Positions 1 through 14,270 of a DNA stretch of 64,000 nucleotides are shown piece by piece; the first letter of the stretch is position 1; the number at the start of each line of letters is the position of its first letter. Below the pieces are notes generated by a model. The model saw only the letters and a program-made list of their open reading frames with translations. It had not been told where the DNA came from and searched no databases. This DNA is from the human T2T-CHM13v2.0 reference genome, Homo sapiens. The translations under genes were made by a program, and so were the position numbers. The DNA is taken from NCBI RefSeq assembly GCF_009914755.1, contig NC_060929.1, one strand, 5' to 3'.

Positions 1-1268
1 TGAGAATCTAGTAAACTCTTGAGAACTGTCTGCCCAGAAAAAAATAGATACGCATGCACACACATGCACACTTTCCAGAGAGTCCATGATTCCTTGAACT
101 CAGGAATCCAGGAATCCCAGGCCCATCCAGGAACCCCAGGCTAAGAATTCCCAATCGAAGGAGAGTTAACTTCAAATTACCAAAGTTCCTCTATCACAGA
201 CCCTCAGAAGACCTCACACTCTTTAATGGATGGGCATTCACTGATCTCCACAAAATCAACCCTCTTTACTAATTGTTCAGTTCCATTTTTGCATTTTTAT
301 ATCTTCATCACATCTGTTCCACAGCATGATGAATCAGTAAGTGTAGGGGCAGGGTCCGGCTGTCTCTTCTAGGGTCACCATGAGCAAGTCCCTTTTCCTT
401 CTGAACATCATCATTCACTTCTCAGTAAAGAGAAGAGATTGGAAAAAAATAATCTCTGAGTTCACTCCTAGCTCTGATATTCTATAGTTCTGTTTGCTAG
501 TTTTCTAGTTGAATCTTACCAAGAAGAACCTGGAAATCTGTTATCTACATAAAAGAACCATGAAACTCAGCCTGGGCCCTTGGACACCTTGGCCAGGGTG
601 AGCTAAACAGATGTGGCTGGCAGCCACGAAGAGAATGGCAGATCACTAGATATGGAAAGGACCTCGACTCTCTGTGTTTTTCGATGTTTGTTTCTTAGAT
701 CCTCTAAACTTAACAGGAGCTCCCATGGGCATTTCTGGGCCTGGGGCAGGCATGGGAAAGGCTCCACCTGCAGAACTCTGAGCCCCCTCCCCTAATCTGA
801 AGGAAAGTAGCTCTGTCCACATCTGTCTGTTTTATATTTTGAATGTAGAATAATATTTTGCTGGAAATATACAAGTACAAAGCCCTAACTATCGAAGTGA
901 CAGGTCTCAATCCTCTTTCCTTGTCTATCTAAAATTTTTCCTGAGAGGATCACATCCATCTGGTGGCTGAAAATACAGTACAATTACAATACTATTCACT
1001 GTAGACTCCCAAAATTTTATCCCTACGTTGAGACTTTCCCAGGTGTAGACAGTGCCCATCCAGCATCTCAAGATGGATGATTAAAAAGCATTTCAAACTA
1101 AACTCTTCCTTTCTCATCTCCGACACAAAAACCTGCTCTTCCCCAGTGTTCTCTATCTCAGTAAATGGCCCACCATTTACCCAGTGGTTCAGACCAGAAA
1201 AACTTCTTCTCATACCCTAAGACCAAACCATCAGCAAACTCATTCTCTCTACTTTGAAAATGATTCCT

Positions 1269-1580
1269 GGCCGGGGGCAGTAGCTCATGCCTATAATCCC
1301 AACACTTTGGGGGGCCTAGGTGAGTGGATCGCTTGAGCCCAGGAGTTTGAGACCAGCCTGGGCAACGTGGCAAAACCCCATCTCCACAAAAAATTAGATG
1401 GGCGTGGTGATATATGCCTGTAGTTCCAGCTACCTGGGGGGCTGAGGTGGGAGGATCACCTGAGCCCAGGAGGTTGAGGCTGCTGTGAGCCAAGATCACG
1501 CTACTGTACTCCAGCCTGGGTGACAAAGTGAGACCCTGTCTCAAGAAAAAGAAAGAAAGAAAAAAAGTAAAAGAAAGGAA
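1269..1580 (+). mobile_element. AluJ
   Basis: Dimeric Alu with J-type diagnostics (gcttgagcccaggagtttgag, gaggctgctgtgagc); TSD gaaaat(g/t)attcct at 1256-1268 and 1581-1593. Confidence 0.93.
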
Positions 1581-2112
1581 GAAAATTATTCCTACTCCTG
1601 ACCCTTCTCATCACCTCTGGACCCAGCATCTGGGTCCAAGCCACCAATTTCTTTCTCTGAATTACTCACCCACACCCCCAATCTGTCTCCTGCCAGAATG
1701 ATATTTTTTAAATGTAAGTCAGGTCATTTCTTGCTTGCATAAAATTCTAGTGGCTTCCTATCACACTTAGCATACAATCCAAATTCCTTATCATAGCTAA
1801 CCAGACCTTACATGATCTGGCCCCCACTCTTCTCCAAACTCAACTGTAGCCATGCCCCTCCCCTTTCCCACCCACCAGCTCACTGGTTTTGCTGCTTTCC
1901 TGGGCCGTAACCGTAGGTTCCCATCTCAGGGCCTTTTCACTTTGTCTCTTTTCCCTGGAATGTGACCATGTAGATTACTCTCTCACTTCCTTAGGGGTGC
2001 CGCTCAAATATCACTTCCTCAGACAGGTCTTCTCTCAACACCTAACTACAATTTCACACCCCATTTTCTAAAAATGTCTATCCTCTTTCTCTGTTCTATT
2101 TTTTTCTTCCCA

Positions 2113-2113
<1 letters not shown>

Positions 2114-2143
<30 letters not shown>
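2114..2143. repeat. (TA)n microsatellite
   Basis: Direct read. Confidence 0.95.
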
Positions 2144-2146
<3 letters not shown>

Positions 2147-2799
2147 AATTGCTTCTTTATTTGTGATCTGTCTTGCTCACTAGAATATAAATTTCAAGAG
2201 GGCGTAGGACACTGTCTTGATCACTGTGACATCTTCAGTGCCCTCGAGAAATGCCTGGTATATTGTGTCCTCATCATAGATATTTATTGAGTCAACTAAG
2301 TAGTTCATTAGTTTTGCAAATGAGAAAACTGAGGCTTAGGAGTTTTTGACTTTCACACTGGGAGGAAGGGGACCATCTCAGAATAGAATATTGTAATTTA
2401 AAGAATAGCAAAAGTATTATATCTTAATTAGTTGCCCTTTACTACGTGTTAATAAGTACCAGACATTGCCCTTTTTCTCCTCCTCCAACCTTTGAGTCCA
2501 ACCTCCGAGTCCAACCTCCATCCTATAGATGAAGAGACTGAGGGTCAGAGAGGGTAATTGAATTGCCAAAGTCATACACAGCAGCACTTGACCAATCTGG
2601 GAATAGAATTCACGGCTATGAATTCCAAAACTCGAGCTTTAGCTTACATCATTCTTGTCATCTTATTATACGTCCTCCCACTGGAGCAACAGAGTATCCT
2701 GATGAAAGTGAACATCCACTATAATTTTCTGCTGTCCATCCATCTATTTCATCTTTCTCTGAGAATAATGTCTGGATTTTCCTTACTGGAACCACCTCT

Positions 2800-3232
2800 T
2801 CCCTTCTCCAATCCCTAGCTCCAGTGATGAACACATAAGCAGGGCTGGTCGATCAGAATAGTCCATTCCTGGCAACAAGAATCCCTTAGCTTACTGGCTG
2901 GACCAGGGAAAGCCAGTCCTAGAATTTTTGCTAGAAAGACTCTGTATTTCCTCTGGTGTTGTCAGACAGTTTGAAGCTGCTAGTGGCCATCATTGCCACC
3001 CCATGGGAGGAGCTTGTCTGAGAAGAAAACTAACCCAAAGGAAGGCAGAGCCACAACACAGGGAATGCCAGTGTCCTGACTACATAATTTGAGGCTTAAG
3101 ATCCAGCAGTGTCTTAAGATAATTTTACACTTGAATGTCCTAATTACTAGAGCCAACAAATTCTTTTTGCCTCCTTAAGCCAGTTTGAGTTGTGTTCCAG
3201 TCAGCAAGCAAATGAATGCTGAGTAATATACA
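2800..3232 (+). mobile_element. Old MLT1-type LTR
   Basis: gccatcattgccaccc...gatccagc...cttaagccagtttgagttg...gagtaatataca. Confidence 0.6.
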
Positions 3233-6200
3233 ATAAAATCAATATTGTATTGTTTTGCAGATTAAAAGGAAGAAAAGCTGGGCAGTTTCAGCTTTAAAAG
3301 CCATTAAAACCTAAAGTTTGTATCATTAAAACTGCATGTGAAAATGTTACAACACAAGGAAAATCTTGTATATTCATAGCATATAGATTGTTACATTTTT
3401 TGCACTGAAACCCAATGAGCAAATTTAAAATGATTGCCTTTCAACAAACCAGTGAGATAGCATGCATTTTATCAGAGAGAAAGGAACAGAGGAAGGAGGA
3501 GTTGATGATTAGTACCTATCCTAATTTGATTAATTGATTATGCCTGACTATTTTCTGCAGGACTCACCAGGGAGAACTAATCAGAGCCATGATTATAGGA
3601 ACATCTCTTGCTGGGAAGATTGCATAGGGTGAGGGGGATGTGGAAGGAACCAGTGCTTTTATCTTGAATACTTATATTTCTGGCTTCTTCACAAAACACT
3701 GCCTAGCTAATTAAAAACACAATCAACTCAGAGCATCTCCTATGCTCAGGTACAAGTTGTGTCACTTCTAAAAATTCTGCCAATTCAAATCCATTAAGAC
3801 CTGGTGTGTATGTGTTTGGGGGTGTGAGTGTGTTTTAATGACAGTCACGCTGTACTCTACCATCTGGACTAAGGTACAAGAAATTATACCCTCCATACTA
3901 ATCCCCTTCGGAGAAACAGTCCTAGATCATCGGAAAAAGATCATGGCAAGTTCTGGAAAAGGGATGGGCGAGGAGTTAAGCAAACTCTTCTACCAATGTG
4001 AGGTACAAATGCATGTCTCAATAGTCTCTCATGACCATGCATGACAAGCTCAAACCACTGGAATTACTCAAAACATTTTATCCATCATAAAAGTAAAATT
4101 GCAGCAACATATAGCTCTATCAGATTCCCTTGAGCTTCTTTTTCTTCACGGATATATTCAGAATCTGATTTTTCCTTATAAGACTAGGAGGAGGAAGAGC
4201 TTATCTTATTTATGCCACTCAACACCATTCCAACCCTTGGTTTTCTGGCTTCACAAGTTTTAAGTGCAAACCCCAAAGGTAAGTGCATCCCATCTTTACC
4301 CTCGTTTCTGATTCAGAATTATCTGAAATATTGCTGTGGAACAGTCATTAATGGTTAACAGAAGGTGTGTAGTTGCATCTCTATTATAAGAAGTGTGAGC
4401 ACAGGGTTCACATGTGAATAGTCCCCACCTACTGGAATGAAATATCGATGTAGTCTGGTACAGTGCCAACATCTGCAAACCTGGAGCTATGTCATAACCT
4501 CGGCTTGCTTTGCTCCACTTTGTTTTGTTTTCTCTGGTTTTGGTTGCATGGATGGATATTCATGCATAACTATGCTTGGATTGACCGTGTTTCTTTATAG
4601 ACTATGCCTACATGGGTTAAATCAAAAGACATATCCCAATACCTTTCTTTTGGGACAAGTGTCAGGAGTAAGTAAAACATTATTATGTTAATAGCCAAAT
4701 CAAGGGTGGGAGCCTGACATAATGGAATAATTGATTATGGCCCAGTGGAGGGGGAGTCACTGGACCTAGGCCCTCCACCTGACCCTGCTACTGTCTTATT
4801 CTTAAGCAAGTCTATTCACTATTCATGATCTCAGTTTTCCCAACTGCAGAATGGAATGGGGCAGAGGATGAACCCAAGGGAGAAATGTCAAGTAATTAGA
4901 ACTTCTCTAAAGTTACAGGAAACTTGTAGAATGTCTCAAATAGGTTCCATAGGTAGAATAAAAGTTAGAGAAATGTGTAAGGCCAGATATTGGATAAGAA
5001 TTACCTATCCAAAGGCTTGTTGTTGACTTTGTCACCTCACTGCTATAACCTACTACCCGCCATATGCACTAAAACACACAATCCCATCAGGATCACACAA
5101 GCAAACAACCCACAAGCAGTCTTACAAATTCCATGATGATCGTGATTTCCTAGTACTCCAAACTCTCTTGACCTTCAGTATGAAAAAAATTATCGAATCA
5201 TCTGAAAACTTGCAACAAAGAAAATACTCTCACTAAATGGAAGAAAAGAATCCTCTCCTTGGCTATTTACTTGGATTTTGTTTTCTGGGAAACATTCAGA
5301 ATTTATAGGATGCTGTCCTAGCAATTTTTTTTAACCTTAATCAGCTGATACATTCTCTTTAAAAGAATTTCTGCCTATAAATTAGTCCCTCACCAAAAAA
5401 ACCATATTGTTTACCTAGAGCTCTAAATTGCAGTGTACAGGTGAAAATGTGTACAAACGATTTAAAAAAAAAGAAGCCTTTTCACATGCTGGATCTTATT
5501 AGCACTGGTAGTAAAAATGTCATTTGAACTAAGTCATTTAGAAAGATTTAGTCCTAAATAAAAAGTTTATAGCCATTTCATTTGCATAACTGAATATCCA
5601 ATACGGACGCCAATTCCATTATAATTGAAATACACCTATACTGATACGTACAATTAGGATGCAAAATGTTTTTAACTTTTTTAAAAGTAAATACACTTTT
5701 CTCAGCTGGGTAAATAAACATATTACAGCTGGTAAGTTTAGCATCTTTGTCAAAAAACTATTATATAAAACAGCCCTTAACCAACTAAAGGATATTTAAA
5801 AGGCATACCCAAGCAACCTTTTGTTAAAAGGAATGGATTACAGGAAAAATAAAGGGGTAACATACACTTCCATTTCATGTTGTGCTGAATGGGATATATC
5901 TAGTGTTTCTAGAAATCAGGTTTTTTTTCCCAAAGGCAGAGATTTTTTTCCCCCAAAGAATACAATGAGATCCCAAGAAAACAGGACCAATTAAGTGTGA
6001 ATCTGGGAATTTTGTGGGGAAAAAAAAGAGAAGATTCAGTCATTAATTTATGTGCTTTTGCAATCACTTGATTAACATTTCACTTGATATTTGACCACAA
6101 ATTCTATGAGAAAAGAGATATAGTACATGATCAGCAAGCACCTGAGAATAAATGGCATGGCATAATCTGAAAGTTCTCCTTGATAATTAGAGAAGGAATA

Positions 6201-6484
6201 ATTAGCTTTGTCTTTGTGGCTCCAGAGGAGAAATGGGTGCAAGGCTCAGGAGGAGTTTGAGACTAACTGTGAGGTAGATCATTTCAATCATCAGTGCTGT
6301 TCAATTATTGATCTATGTGCCTTGGCAAGTGAAAGGATCCACCTCAGTAGGAGGCTTAGAGGCCAGAAAGCCATCAGATAGTCACGTTTGAGGGAAAGAA
6401 ACAAATCTTGGATGATTCTGAATTCTGAGGAAATCCAGGAATGCAATGAGAACAGAACTAACTAAGGGGCTGTTTATTGCAGAG

Positions 6485-6661
6485 CAATGGTTCTCAAGTT
6501 TAGGCATGCATAAGAATCACCCGGAGGCTTGTAAAAATGAAAAGCCTGGACCCTACCCCAAGTTTCTGATGTAGTAGATTTAGAATGGAGAATCTACATT
6601 TTAACAAATTCACAGATATTACTGTTGCTGGTGGTTCAGGGACCACTCTTTGAGAACCACC
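6485..6661. mobile_element. MER5A
   Basis: Terminal inverted repeats caatggttctcaa...ttgagaaccac; gaatcacccggaggctt. Confidence 0.85.
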
Positions 6662-6918
6662 ACGGCAAAACAGCAATTCTCCAAAAGTGTGGTTCACATC
6701 CCCCGGGGAAAGAATATGTTCTTATGCAGTAGGTATCTAGAGCATTAAGTACTCATCAGGTCGTATGTTAAAAAATGTGCTCCCTTTTCATTTTCTGTTT
6801 TAGTTATTGTTGTTTATGTTGACTAAAAGGATTCAAATAGGTGCTAGTTTTTCTATGAAAACCCTCCTGTTATTTCCTAATCTCTCTTTTTAAAAGATGA
6901 ATAGGTCTCAAGCTCACA

Positions 6919-6920
<2 letters not shown>

Positions 6921-6954
<34 letters not shown>
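6921..6954. repeat. Poly(T) run (~34 nt)
   Basis: Direct read. Confidence 0.95.
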
Positions 6955-6958
<4 letters not shown>

Positions 6959-6967
6959 GAAACACTA

Positions 6968-7430
6968 TTGTCTTAGTTGGGACCCCAAGAAGCAGATCTC
7001 ATGATAAGGACTAAATGCACATTGTTAATTTGGCAGGTGCCAGTACACTGATAGGGGAATAATAATATAAAAAATGGAATAAGACACAGTCAATAAGATG
7101 TGTGTTATTAAGACACTGAAGCTTAATCTCACAGGGAAGCTTTGGGAAATGGTGTAAAACATATGCCTCAGAATTCTTCCAGACAAGGGGATAGGAAGGT
7201 GGGATGTGGATACTCCCGCACCCACAATTTGTTGGTTAGAGCTATCCACAGTGGAACTTGGATTCTCAGGCACCCCCAATTTATTGTGCTTGTGTGCAAA
7301 GGGGATTCCAGTAGACTGAGAGCAGCCCTCCAAAAATGTTTCAGGTCCATCATTGGAAGTCTGATGGCTTACAGAGAAATGGTCAGGGGATCTGCAGGGA
7401 AATGAAGCAACACCAACATTGTCTGTTCCA
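6968..7430 (-). mobile_element. Old ERVL-class LTR (LTR16/33-like)
   Basis: tgtcttagttgggaccccaagaagcagatctc... terminus typical of this class. Confidence 0.45.
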
Positions 7431-7699
7431 GCTATTTAGCTGAAATCTAATATGAATACACTGTTCTTGGTATATTGTATTTGTTTTTACAGTTTTCTTC
7501 TATTTCTTGCAATTGGTACTGGTTTTCGCTTTCATTTTTGTTTCTTTATAAAATAAATTTATTTAAGGAAAATTAATTGATCTAAAGAAAAATGTCACAC
7601 AGTTAATGTTCCAGATGGTATGAAAAGGTGGCAAGAATCATGAAGGAGTAGAATTCAAATGGCTGAAGTTTGAGAAATGCAGGCATAATGGTTCAAGTG

Positions 7700-8019
7700 G
7701 GAGGTGGCACTTTTTTCTGTAAATGGCTATTTACCAAATATTTTAGGCTTTCAAGAGCATAAGGTCACTGTCACAACTACTCAACTCTGCTGTGTAGTAT
7801 GAAAACAGCCATTAACAATACATAAATGATGGACATGGCTGTGTTCCAATAAAACTAAATACATGGACATAGAAATTTGAATTTTATGTAATTTACACTT
7901 GTCACAAAATATTATTCTCCTTTTGATTTTCTTGAACAATTAAAAAATGTAAACATCTTTTTTTTTGCTTGCAAGCCACACAAAAACAGGCAGTGGGCCA
8001 GATAGTTTGCCAACCCCTG
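7700..8019. mobile_element. MER58B-like
   Basis: ttttctgtaaa...aactactcaactctgc...gtgttccaataaaact...tagtttgccaacccctg. Confidence 0.75.
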
Positions 8020-8549
8020 ATTCAAACCACAACCCTGGAATCTGTCCTAGTTCTATTAACTACCAATATGACCTTGGGCAAATTACTTGACTTTTCTTAG
8101 CCTCAGCAGCCTCATCTGTATAATGGAGATAAACATACCAAAAACCTCACAAGGTTGATGCAAAATTTAAAAATAGAAAATGAATACTCACAAAGCAGGT
8201 GCTCAATGAGTTCACAGTATGACATTAACCAGCTGTTGTAATAAGGTGGATTCCAGCTTTCCTGTGCCCCAATCATTGCAGGGTAGATATTTCCTACTCT
8301 GCTTCTTCACAAAGGCAGCTGTGTACCTAGTGGCCCATCTCCCCTACTTTGGGATGTGGCTACAGAAATTATTCCTCTTCTCTATAGGATAAGCCTCTGA
8401 AGACTGAGCCTGAAAATGCCCAAAGGTTCTTGTCATTACTGATTTCAGAGGTCTGGAATTGGGAGCAGGTCAAATCAAAATTTGCATTTCAGCTAAATTA
8501 ACTCTTTACAACTAGTATTTTGAATCTTACAGAATTATGCTGTTGACAG

Positions 8550-8694
8550 CAGTGGTTCTCAAACATTAGTATATCTAAAAATCACATGGAAAACTGTAGA
8601 TTCAGGCACTGCCACATTCAAAGCATTTTTGAATCATAAATGCCCCAGTGATTCTGATGAAAATGATTCCTGGAGAGCAGTTCAGGAGACACTG
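8550..8694. mobile_element. MER5-family fragment
   Basis: cagtggttctcaaac...ccccagtgattctgatg...gagacactg. Confidence 0.65.
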
Positions 8695-10065
8695 GAAGGA
8701 TGGAGTGCAATCTGTCCAGGTGAGCATACCCTTCTGAAATCCTCTTTAATGATTTTTCTGTATCTGTTTAAATGCCTCATTGGCTGAGACACCTGGATTA
8801 TAGTATTTGCTCTGCATGCCAAGAGAAAGGTTTCTGCAGGCATGTTTACCTCTGCTGTCCTCACTCTGTGCTATTTCTTCTGAACCTCCTGGATTAGGAA
8901 ACCATTTATACAGAATTCTCCATTTCAGATATCATGTGCTAATGATCATATCCAATTAAACATGCCAGTGCAATCTCAAAAGACATAGGCTATTTACAGC
9001 CTCTTAGGTGAAAATTCTTAAGCAAAATCTACATTTTTCCTAGACTAATAAAATGTCACCTCCCCAAAGGCTGCTGTCTACAATCTCCTACCAAAAGTTT
9101 CTAAACCAACCCCTGGAGCAAAAAATAAAACTATACCCATAGATTTTAGAGGGGCCCATTTAACACAGAAGAAAGGGATCCTGGGGAAGAAGCAGAAGGA
9201 AAGCAATGGCACATTTTTATAACAGACCAAGAACCTAACCCTTCACGTGCATTACTTCATTCACCTTCACATCACGCTATCAGGAGGTTCTGCAATTATT
9301 CTCATTTCACAGATGAAGAAACTGAGGCATAGGAAAGAGGAGCTGCCCAAAGCAATTCCAGACCAGAGTCTAGAGTTTTAACTACTAAGTTATCCCACAA
9401 ACAACAACAACAACAAAAAACCCAGATCTCAATGATCCCCTATCTCAGCTCTCCCAGCTTAATTTACTATTACTTATTTAGCTTCTCAAAGCTTCCAGAA
9501 TGTCTACCAGCACTTGAAAGACAATATGTTTTTAACTAAGGCTCAATTTTGCTCTTGGCATCATGTGACTTTGAGCTCCTCCCTTTGCCCCAGGTTTATC
9601 GCTGTTCAGTGTGGTTAAGACATCCAGCCCACCTGTCTTATAGACCTGCTACCACTCATGAAGTTCAAATAAGATAACTTATGTGAAAGTCCTCTGAACA
9701 ATGCAAAAAGTTATCCAAAATGGTAATTTCTCAGTCTGTCATTTTCATAAATTATTTTGAAATGTTGAGAAGGAAGAAAGAGTGCATTCATTTTATGAAA
9801 TCATCTGTGTCAAAAATCAGATTTTCCAGAGATCTAAGGTAGATTGTAAAATACCAAAACTGCCGATCTTTGGGGGAGCAAAGAAACTCTACTACTTGGA
9901 AGGTGGACTATTTTTTGTGGCTCAATGTAATGGAAATTACCAGAGCTTGAGAATCAGATGACCTGGGCACTGGACATTGCCCTGCCACTACCTGAACTTT
10001 AGTGAGTCTTTCCCTCTCCCCTTACAGGGGAGACAAAGCTGCTTAGTGGTTAATAAGGTGGTTAG

Positions 10066-10371
10066 GGCCGGGGGTGGTGGCTCACGCCTGTAATCCCAGC
10101 ACTTTGGGAGGCCGAGACTGGCAGATCACCTGAGCTCGGGAGTTCGAGACCAGCCTGGCCAACACGGTGAAATCCTGTCTCTACTAAAAGTACAAAAATT
10201 AGCTGGGCGTGGTGTTGCATGCCTGTAGTCCCAGCTACTCGGGCGGCTGAAGCAGAAGAATCGCTTGAACCCCGGAGGCGAAGGTTTCAGTGAGCTGAGA
10301 TTGCACCACTGCACTCCAGCCTCGCTGACAGAGCGAGACTCCATCTCAGAAACAAAACAAAACAAAAGAAG
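10066..10371 (+). mobile_element. AluS
   Basis: Full dimer with A-rich tail; flanking aaggtggtt repeat at 10055 and 10372. Confidence 0.93.
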
Positions 10372-12396
10372 AAGGTGGTTTGGGGATTCAGACTGCCAGT
10401 GTTAAGTCCCAGCCCAATTACCACCTCATGAGTGACCTTGGACTGGTCAGGTCACCTGTCTTGGTTTGTTTCCTCAGCATAAAAATAAGAATAAGAAACA
10501 ACAACTTTGCAATTGTCCAAAGAATGGATTGGTGAATAGATAGACAGAAATATGACAAAGCAACTGTGGTAAAATGATAATTATAGAATCTTTTTGGTGA
10601 CTATACGAGTGTTCACTATATAGTTCTTTCAACTTTTCCCTTAAGTATCTATTTTCATAATAAAATACTGGAAAATAAGCCTCAAAAAGGGCAACAACAG
10701 AGTTTTTAGAAAAGTTAAATGAGACACAGAGCTCTCAGCAATGCTCATGGAAGGTGCTTGGCAATAGCAATGATGATCTACTGTGCAGGTAGAAGATGGG
10801 ATACAATCTGTGAGTTAGAGTCGTGCTAGGTGAACAGATGTGACAAACATGAGCAGAATGAGAAGCCAGGCCACATGACACAGAAACCAGGTGGACAAAG
10901 AGGAGCCAGGATGTGCCCACTGAAGCATCAGAGTCCAAGAGAGGTGCACGAATGGAAGGATCAGGATGTTGTGTCTGGGTTGCCCAATGTGCAGGAACCT
11001 CAAAAAGAAAGGCAGATTGTCTCTATTACAAGCCACAGTATGTGATTCTCCATCCAACATCCCTTTCAGAGCAGAAAAATACTGGTCTTGAAGTCAAATC
11101 TGAGTTTAAATCCTGTCTTTGCCATACTAGTTGTGTGATAGGAGGGGACATTTATTCAGGCATCCACTACACCACTTGCCATTGGAAAAATTTACCGCAA
11201 CCACAAGGATGAGCCCGTGGCAACTATGCTTCTGCTATGACTTCTTGGTCATAAACAATTGAGCCAATCAGATTCTCTTTCTTGAGAGTCTGAACTAAGA
11301 GAACAGACTCCTGGGAATGTGTCAAACTAATGGCAGAGCAATGTGGAAAGGGTCATGGACTCCAGGAGCTGAGTTTTCTAGAATTGACTGTTTTCCCATC
11401 CTTCCTGGAGCCAAGTTCCTTAACTCCACTATAAAAGCACTATTGTTTTTTCAATAAATCCTAATTTTTTGTTTAAGTAGCCAGTGTTGGCTTTTATTAT
11501 GTATAACCAATAAATACATTTACTAATACACCTAGCCTTCTAACTAATACAAAAGTTTTCTTAAAGTGTCTAGGCCTTAGTTTTCTCATCTGTAGATGAG
11601 AGAGACAATACTTCTCTCAGGAGTTGATAGAAAAATCAAAGACTAGGTGTGCAAAACATACATATGATAAATATTCAATAAACATTATTTAAATTAAATC
11701 TGAGTTTCAGAACAGATCTTTCTGAGTAAGTGCTTAGAGATACCTTGCTTGGATGGGGAATGTGTGATCATGAAAAAAAAAAAAGAAGCTAATATTCAAG
11801 AAGAAGGAAGGAGTTCATTGAATTTGAAATTTGGTTTTAAAAGAAACTTTCTGATTGAGATATCAAAAATTAAATTAATTCTACATAAATATGCAGACTT
11901 AAATTTCTGTTGGGTTTCTCCATAGTGCTAATGTGGATTTGAAAGGGGAAGAAATACAAACTCGATGGACAGATAATATATTTTTCTTAACTTAGACTCT
12001 TCAGAATTTATCTGGCAGTAGACAAGATATTAAAGGACTTTTGATTTGGATTACTCTGTAAGTAATGAGGAATTTTATCATCCAAATTAAGGTAGCAGTG
12101 GGGGTAGGTGGAGACAAGGAACATGACAAGATCTAAGACCAGAATTAATTCAACCTAGAAGTACAATTGCTGAGAAAAAGCAAAGGTTTTTCTGAAACTC
12201 AAAATAAGAGGCAAAGCTTAGATGCTTAGTAAGAATGTCAATTCATCCCTAGTAATTATTGACCTTTCAGTCTTGTTCCACTCATTGATTCTCATTAATC
12301 CAAATGTTTAGTTATCTTAAAATCAGATATATTTTCATTCTAAAAATCCAGGTGGCTGCATTGTGAGTTTCATTTTCGTTCTTTAGGTCTTAACCC

Positions 12397-12720
12397 AATA
12401 GTTCTCAAATAGTGGTCTCAAGACCAGGAACAACATCATCACCTGCGAACCTATTAGAAATGTAAATTCTCAGATCTCAACCTAGGTGAATCAGAAACTT
12501 TGGGAGTGAGGACCAGCAATTTGTGTTTTTTTTTTAAGTTTTAATTTGTAATTTTTGTGGGTACATAGTAGGGTACATGAGATGTTTTCATACAGGTATG
12601 CAATGTGTAATAATCACATCATGATCATGTAAAATGGGGTATTCATCCCCTCAGCCATTTATCCTTTGTGTTACAAACAATCCAATTATTCTGTTGCTCA
12701 TGAAAGTTTGAGAAGCACTC
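12397..12720. mobile_element. MER5A interrupted by a 3' L1MA fragment (~12525-12689, minus)
   Basis: caatagttctcaaa...gaatcagaaact...[poly-T, gtgggtacatagtag...acaatccaattat]...aagtttgagaagcact. Confidence 0.72.
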
Positions 12721-13444
12721 TCTTAACCAATCATGAGGCTGGTGAAGCCAGTGCTCTATCATTTATTCACTGGCAGTTACCAAACCTGTGAACTTGTTGA
12801 CATAGCACTTAAAAAAAAATAGTCAACCTTCTCAGACGTGCCTTAGATTTGCAAGCATATTAGTAATTGGTAAATGGTAAGGCAGTCATTCTTACTCAGA
12901 CTATACTTAAGGCTAGCCCTATGAATAAGTCTATTTGGTAGCCATTTACATTGTATTTCCCTCTGTGCAAATCTGTACTACTTTCTACTGTCTCAATAGC
13001 ATAAAAAAGTCAACAGCATGCAGAATGGAGGAATCAAAGGGCAAACCAAGAAGAATAAAGACAGAGTTTTTTTTAAAAAAAATGGTGACTTTAATTTTGA
13101 CAAGAGAAGAAATTTTAGATTGATGGTAAGGAGAAGTTAATGGAAAAATAAAGGTATAATTCACTGTTCCTTCCTCCATCCTTCCTCTCCCCTGCACCTC
13201 CCCACTTTTCCATTACCCAACACTGCCACCACCCCTTTCACTCTGCATATGCCTTTGAGCTATTTCTGAATAACAGAGAGGGGGCAAAGTCATAAAAATG
13301 AGAGAAATCACATTTCAGCTGAACACAACTCACAACCTTATAGTATCTAGCCTGTTTTCTAGAGGCAGACTTGGATATACAACTGGGCTTGAGGATATCT
13401 AAGCTCTTTTCTACCCTGTAACACCAAGATCCCATTCATGCAAG

Positions 13445-13710
13445 GCACTATAATATGGAGGTTCAGAGCATGAACTCTGGAATCAGACAACACACAATTT
13501 CATCCTAGCTTCACTACTCCACAGCTGAGAGAACTTGGGCACATTACTTTACCTCTCTAAGGTTGAGTTACCGCATTGCTAAAATGAGAGTAACAGAAGT
13601 ATCTCTTTCATAGGATTCTTAATGAAGATTAAATAAGATCATTCTCATTAAGCATTTAGAACAGTGTCTGGCACATATCAAGGTCTAGATTAATGTGGGC
13701 TATTAAGATT
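13445..13710 (+). mobile_element. MIR
   Basis: ctctggaatcagac...cttgggcacattactt...aaaatgag...gattaaataagat...gtgtctggcacata. Confidence 0.75.
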
Positions 13711-13941
13711 ATTATTATATTGCCTTCCAAATGCTTCTCAACCTTCAGCAGCATGTTGAGCATTCCCAGGCATAGCAACAAGGCAGTGAAAAGCAAGAGG
13801 GATAAAGGTAAATGTGTGAGGATGGTAAAGTTGGAAGGGGGTGGGAAGGCAGCTAGCACCACAGCAATTCATCTATTTATTTAAAAACTTTGTTGTCAGA
13901 TGTTGCTGTACAAGGTTACAGGACTCGTGCTTGAATTACAG

Positions 13942-14160
13942 CAGTGGTTTTCAACTGGAGTGGTAGGAGGAGGGGTACTTTGCCCACCCACCCCCCGGAC
14001 ATTTAGCAATGCCTAGAGAAATTTCTGGTTGTCCCAAGTAGGGGTTGCTGCTGGCATCTAATGAGTGCCAGAGATGCTGCTGAACATTCTATGATGCAGA
14101 GCACAGTCCTCACAACAACGAACCATCTAGCTCAAAATTCCAATAGTGCCAAGAAATCCT
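13942..14160. mobile_element. MER20
   Basis: cagtggttttcaact...ggacatttagcaatg...gagatgctgctgaacattcta...caatagtgccaag. Confidence 0.8.
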
Positions 14161-14186
14161 GAACTACTGCATGCTGTGAAGTTACC

Positions 14187-14270
14187 TTAATAATATTATT
14201 GAATATTATTGAATAATATTATTGAATAAAAATATTCAATAATAATATTGAATATTTTTCAATATTCAAA
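14187..14270. repeat. AT-rich palindromic repeat (TATTGAATA units)
   Basis: Direct and inverted copies of attgaata. Confidence 0.85.

Larger units (their letters stand above)
900..2300 (+). mobile_element. L2 3' portion (interrupted by AluJ and (TA)n)
   Basis: Pyrimidine-rich L2-type motifs (ctcagtaaatggc, gtggcttcc, ctcaaatatcacttcctc) and L2 3' end (cctggtata...atatttattgag). Confidence 0.65.

Noticed and set aside
1158-1544. 128-aa ORF, and similar ORFs at 10126, 26777, 54901, 55522 and 55626
   Set aside because: Translations of antisense Alu sequence, not genes.
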